Origin: Pseudomonadales bacterium
GTDB taxonomy: Bacteria; Pseudomonadota; Gammaproteobacteria; Pseudomonadales; JAHRWD01
DNA: 64,000 nt
Assembly (NCBI GenBank): GCA_019090315.1
Contig: JAHRWD010000084.1
Location: forward strand, 387 to 64,386
Direction of reading: 5' to 3'
Shown here: in pieces, positions 60,090 to 64,000 of the stretch
How the letters are laid out: each line of letters begins with the position of its first letter
Numbering within the stretch: the stretch's first letter is position 1
Translations under genes and position numbers: made by a program
Notes under the pieces: generated by a model
What the model saw: the letters and a program-made list of their open reading frames with translations, nothing else
Database searches by the model: none
What the model was told of the DNA's origin: nothing

Positions 60090-60836
60090 ATGACAACCAT
60101 ACTCGCACTTGATAGCTCAACTGAAGCCTGCTCCGTGGCGCTGCTTCAGGATCGCGGAAATAATAATGGTGATCAAACCGAAATCACTGGCGAGAGTAAG
60201 CTGGCAATACGGCAACACAATATGGTGCTCTTGCCAATGGTTGAACAGGTTTTGGCAGAGGCTGGTTGTGCCCTGCAACAGGTTGACCTGATCGCTTTTG
60301 GGCGTGGCCCAGGTTCCTTTACCGGATTGCGGGTTGGTTGTGGTGTTGCCCAGGGTTTGGCGTTCGGTATCGATTGCCCAGTGGTGGCTATCTCAACCCT
60401 GAGGGCAATGGCCCAGGGTGCCTATCGTGAGTTCGGCACCCGTGCGGTGATGACCGCTATTGATGCGCGTATGAAAGAGATCTACTGGGGTGCATTCGGG
60501 CTTGATGAACAGCAATGTATGCAGCCGCTGGTCGAGGAAATTGTTTGTTCTCCAGATAAAGCTGTTTTTTCAGAACAGTGTGAAGCAATCGATTCCGACT
60601 GGAATGCAATGGGTACAGGCTGGAGTTATCGTGAGCGGATTCTGGATGGCATCAGCATTGCGGCTGACAAGATTGCGCGGTTCGAAGAGCAATGGTTTCC
60701 CAATTCCAAAGATATCGCCATGCTTGCACGCAGAGAGTTTGAATCAGGCAATGCAGTATCTGCAGAGCTGGCTCAGCCCATCTATCTACGTGATCAGGTA
60801 GTACAGTCGCCGGCTAAAAAGAACAAGGACAAATAG
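60090..60836 (+). CDS. tsaB: tRNA t6A biosynthesis protein TsaB (YeaZ)
   Basis: ILALDSSTEACSVAL, and GPGSFTGLR.G..VAQGLAF. Confidence 0.85.
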   Translation: MTTILALDSSTEACSVALLQDRGNNNGDQTEITGESKLAIRQHNMVLLPMVEQVLAEAGCALQQVDLIAFGRGPGSFTGLRVGCGVAQGLAFGIDCPVVAISTLRAMAQGAYREFGTRAVMTAIDARMKEIYWGAFGLDEQQCMQPLVEEIVCSPDKAVFSEQCEAIDSDWNAMGTGWSYRERILDGISIAADKIARFEEQWFPNSKDIAMLARREFESGNAVSAELAQPIYLRDQVVQSPAKKNKDK

Positions 60837-60837
60837 T

Positions 60838-61278
60838 GTGATCGAATTTGTAACCAAGGAAAATCTGGACGAAATACTGCCGCTGATCAGACAGTATCAG
60901 GAGTTCTATAAAGTAGCCGATATTTCTGACTCAAGAAATCGTGAGTTCTTTTCCCAGTTTGGCGAGTCAAATCCTTCGGGCTGCCAGTTTTTGTTCCGCG
61001 AAGAGGGCAAGGTGCTGGGGTTTGCCACAGTTTATTTTACCCATAACTCTACGCTGCCAGCCAGGGTTGGCGTATTGAATGATCTGTTCTGTGTGGCGGA
61101 TAGCCGAGGCAAAGGTGTTGGTCGACAGCTTGTTGAACACTGCCGCTCATACGTTATGGCGAATGGTGCAGCACGACTACAGTGGGTAACCGCGCCGGAT
61201 AATGAGCCCGCCAACAGGCTATATCAATCGATGAATACCCAGAAAAGTAGCTGGTATTTTTATACTTATAATGGGTAG
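60838..61278 (+). CDS. GNAT family N-acetyltransferase
   Basis: 146 aa; acetyl-CoA binding motif V..SRGKGVGRQL. The GTG start lies 1 nt after the tsaB stop. Confidence 0.7.
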   Translation: MIEFVTKENLDEILPLIRQYQEFYKVADISDSRNREFFSQFGESNPSGCQFLFREEGKVLGFATVYFTHNSTLPARVGVLNDLFCVADSRGKGVGRQLVEHCRSYVMANGAARLQWVTAPDNEPANRLYQSMNTQKSSWYFYTYNG

Positions 61279-61350
61279 TAGAGATTAATGGATAGTCGCA
61301 ACGTTAATTTGAAAGATTTTTTACCGCCTGTAATTTGAGGAACTAACCCG

Positions 61351-62157
61351 TTGGATCTATTTCAAGCCATATTTCTGGCAATCGTACAGGGCCTTACTGA
61401 ATTCCTGCCGATCTCCAGCTCCGGTCATCTAATTGTTCCTGCGGTGTTGTTTGGTTGGGCTGATCAGGGGCTGGCCTTTGACGTGGCGGTTCATGTTGGT
61501 ACCTTGCTGGCGGTGCTGGTTTATTTCCGAAAGGATGTGATTGCCATCCTTAACGGCTGGTTTGTTCAGATATTCAAGCGTATTCCCAGCCCTGAAGCAC
61601 AGCTGGGTTGGGCAGTGATTATCGGCACTATCCCCGCTGTAATCGCAGGTTTGCTGGTGAGTGATCTGGTCGGTAGCCATTTGCGTTCTATCGAAGTGAT
61701 TGCAGCCACTAGCATTGTATTCGGGCTACTGCTGCTCTATTCCGACATAAAAGGCGGAAAAAACCGTACTATTGAAAGTATCGGCTGGAAGGTCGCGTTA
61801 ATGATTGGTCTGGCCCAGGCGGTGGCGTTGATCCCTGGTACATCACGGTCAGGTATCACTATTACCTGTGCACTACTGCTTGGATACACCCGGGAGTCCG
61901 CCGCACGATTTTCATTTTTGCTCTCCATGCCCACCATTTTTGGTGCAGGGCTTTTGATGTCGCTAGAGCTGATTGAAACCGGCGAAACCGGTGTCTGGCA
62001 AGATCTGCTGATAGGCGCAGGATTCGCTGCGATCAGTGCTTATATCTGTATCCACTGGTTCTTGAAGCTGCTCGATAAAATCGGCTTTATGCCTTTTGTG
62101 GCTTATAGGATGCTGTTTGGTGGTCTTCTTTTCTGGATGGCGTACAGCTATGTATAA
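61351..62157 (+). CDS. uppP: undecaprenyl-diphosphate phosphatase UppP (BacA)
   Basis: QGLTEFLPISSSGHL and PGTSRSG motifs with 8 TM helices. TTG start. Confidence 0.9.
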   Translation: MDLFQAIFLAIVQGLTEFLPISSSGHLIVPAVLFGWADQGLAFDVAVHVGTLLAVLVYFRKDVIAILNGWFVQIFKRIPSPEAQLGWAVIIGTIPAVIAGLLVSDLVGSHLRSIEVIAATSIVFGLLLLYSDIKGGKNRTIESIGWKVALMIGLAQAVALIPGTSRSGITITCALLLGYTRESAARFSFLLSMPTIFGAGLLMSLELIETGETGVWQDLLIGAGFAAISAYICIHWFLKLLDKIGFMPFVAYRMLFGGLLFWMAYSYV

Positions 62158-62366
62158 AGATGTCAGCACCGCCCAACGAGAGTCCGCCATGTTCACCAGG
62201 AACTACGTTAGAGCTCCTGCAAAAGTCTCATACTAAACTAGCGTATTCAGACGGTTAGCGCAGGTTCCATGTCTCACATTTTATATGCCCAAAATTGACT
62301 GATTTTCAGCCCTTGTACTTGCCATCCGGTATCAGTACCATAGCGGGTTTTTGAGCGGAGAATCCT

Positions 62367-63251
62367 ATGATTACCGGTAGTATGGTTGCATTGGTCACAC
62401 CAATGGATTCCACTGGTGATGTGCTGTGGGATGAGCTAGATCAGCTGATTGAATTCCATATTGCACAGGGTACCGACGCGATCGTCGCGGTGGGTACCAC
62501 GGGCGAGTCCGCTACTCTGGAATTTGATGAGCACTGTGAAGTTGTGCAGCGCGTTGTAACTGTTGCTGCGGGTCGAATTTCGGTGATCGCCGGAACCGGT
62601 GCAAACAGCACAAAAGAAGCCATTGATCTGACCAGTGCTTCAAAATACCTTGGTGTTGATGCCTGTTTGCTGGTAACGCCTTACTACAACAAACCCACCC
62701 AGGAAGGGCTCTATCTGCATTTTAAACAGATAGCCGAAGCGGTTGATGTCCCCCAAATTCTGTACAACGTTCCCGGCCGCACTGCCTGCGATATGCTGCC
62801 GGAAACCGTTGAAAGACTAGCAGCAATTAAAAATATTATTGGAATCAAAGAAGCCACCGGTGATCTGGATCGTGGCCTTGAAGTGATCAAACGATGCACG
62901 GCTGTAGACCCCGAATTTATGGTGTATTCCGGTGACGATCCGACAGCAATTGAGTTGATCCTGCTGGGCGCTAAAGGGAATATATCGGTTACTGCGAATG
63001 TTGCACCCGCTACCATGAGTCAGGCCTGTGCTGCGGCATTGGCAGGAGATGCAGATAAAGCACGGCAACTGGATAGCCAGATCAGACCACTGCATTCGGA
63101 ACTATTCATTGAATCCAATCCTATTCCCGTGAAGTGGGCATTGCATCAAATGGGGAAAATATCCGCTGGAATCCGGCTTCCCCTGACACCTCTTTCCAAG
63201 CCTTGCCGAGAGCCCTTGAAAAAGGTGCTGAGCGAAGCGGGATTACTGTAA
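62367..63251 (+). CDS. dapA: 4-hydroxy-tetrahydrodipicolinate synthase DapA
   Basis: GSMVALVTPM, GTTGES.TL, YNVPGRT, and the IGIKEA active-site Lys. Confidence 0.9.
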   Translation: MITGSMVALVTPMDSTGDVLWDELDQLIEFHIAQGTDAIVAVGTTGESATLEFDEHCEVVQRVVTVAAGRISVIAGTGANSTKEAIDLTSASKYLGVDACLLVTPYYNKPTQEGLYLHFKQIAEAVDVPQILYNVPGRTACDMLPETVERLAAIKNIIGIKEATGDLDRGLEVIKRCTAVDPEFMVYSGDDPTAIELILLGAKGNISVTANVAPATMSQACAAALAGDADKARQLDSQIRPLHSELFIESNPIPVKWALHQMGKISAGIRLPLTPLSKPCREPLKKVLSEAGLL

Positions 63252-63278
63252 GTCCCCTGGCGACTTAAGCGTTTGAAT

Positions 63279-64000
63279 ATGAAAAGTAAAATCATGAAGT
63301 GGAATCTACAGGTGGGTAAAGCACTGTTGCTGTTTGGTTTAGCAGGATTGCTTGTCATCCAGAGTGGTTGTGGAATGTTTCGCGATAGCTTGCCAGATTA
63401 TCGGCAGGAACAACCGCCACATAATCCATTAGAGATCCCGATTGAACTGGGGGGCGCACGATCCGAAGCACTATTGGAAATTCCCGATATTAAACGCGAT
63501 ACCACTCTTTCCGAAGAAGAGTTTGAAATGCCACGCACTCAACCGCTAATGACGGTTGAAACCAAAGAGAAGGTTCTACTCAGGGAGAGTGACTCCGATC
63601 AATGGTTATTGGTACTGTTGCCTCCAGAAGAGGTTTGGACCAACATGCTGGCTTTCTTTGAGAATAAAGAGATACCGATGGTTGATGTGCAGCCACTGAA
63701 GGGTATAGCCATCTCTGATTGGGTCGTTGCGCCAAAGACCGGCGAAACCATACGTTTTCGAGCAAACTTGCGTGAAGGAATCCGTGCTGGCATTACCGAA
63801 ATCAGGCTGTACAGCCAGCTAGAAAGTCAGGATGACTGGGTTCAGATTTTTGCCGCTGTTGATGATCAGGATTCTATGCTCAAGGGCAGTCAGGTATATT
63901 TGATTCGCAGTATTGATCCTTCCGATACCTCCGTCTCCTTCCTTGCCAGGAATCTGACCGCAGGAAATCGTACTCATATAAAAAAGGCAAAGGATGGCAC
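63279..64000 (+). CDS. bamC: outer membrane protein assembly factor BamC (NlpB), 3' end outside window
   Basis: This ORF is not in the ORF track because it is open-ended. From ATG 63279 the frame stays open to nt 64000. It has a lipoprotein signal (LLFGLAGLLVIQSGC) and sits right after dapA, the conserved dapA-bamC pairing. Confidence 0.65.
   Translation, partial: MKSKIMKWNLQVGKALLLFGLAGLLVIQSGCGMFRDSLPDYRQEQPPHNPLEIPIELGGARSEALLEIPDIKRDTTLSEEEFEMPRTQPLMTVETKEKVLLRESDSDQWLLVLLPPEEVWTNMLAFFENKEIPMVDVQPLKGIAISDWVVAPKTGETIRFRANLREGIRAGITEIRLYSQLESQDDWVQIFAAVDDQDSMLKGSQVYLIRSIDPSDTSVSFLARNLTAGNRTHIKKAKDG

Overview
The window looks like a chromosomal segment of a marine-type gammaproteobacterium, roughly mid-GC by eye and about 90 percent coding. 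All family assignments come from reading the translated ORFs and recalling motifs; no searches were run. Conserved housekeeping blocks dominate. These include cmoB-cmoA, leuA, holD-like/rimI, murU/amgK next to lptD-surA-pdxA-rsmA-apaH (no apaG), trhP(yegQ), kdsA, cysC and dapE. Further on are nadA, bepA-like, tusA-like, mobA, yoaA(dinG family)-tsaB, uppP and dapA-bamC. Several less ordinary regions sit between them:

1. A DUF1302 fragment is followed by two tandem DUF1329 paralogs.
2. A two-gene module (beta-barrel porin plus a 140-aa half periplasmic-binding protein) is duplicated in tandem directly downstream of a methyl-accepting chemotaxis protein.
3. A five-gene envelope cluster (imelysin, DUF1111 di-haem peroxidase, imelysin, Tat-DUF1513, di-haem CCP) lies behind a near-consensus Fur box.
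4. A PEP-CTERM protein is preceded by a near-consensus sigma-54 promoter and a five-fold CAGGTT(T/A) motif array.
5. An AT-rich islet between nadA and bepA carries a membrane protein, a zinc-ribbon/HTH protein, a phd-parE toxin-antitoxin pair and an attC-like palindrome.
6. A small Mrr-like nuclease-fold ORF overlaps the start of yoaA.

Other sequence-level observations:
- An unlisted 6S-RNA-like structured element lies between kdsA and cysC.
- A thiolase is broken by a single in-frame TAG.
- pdxA has its conserved N-terminus upstream of any canonical start codon.
- There are two different leuA isoforms, one divergent from lrp.

I saw no rRNA, tRNA, CRISPR array, IS element or integrase.
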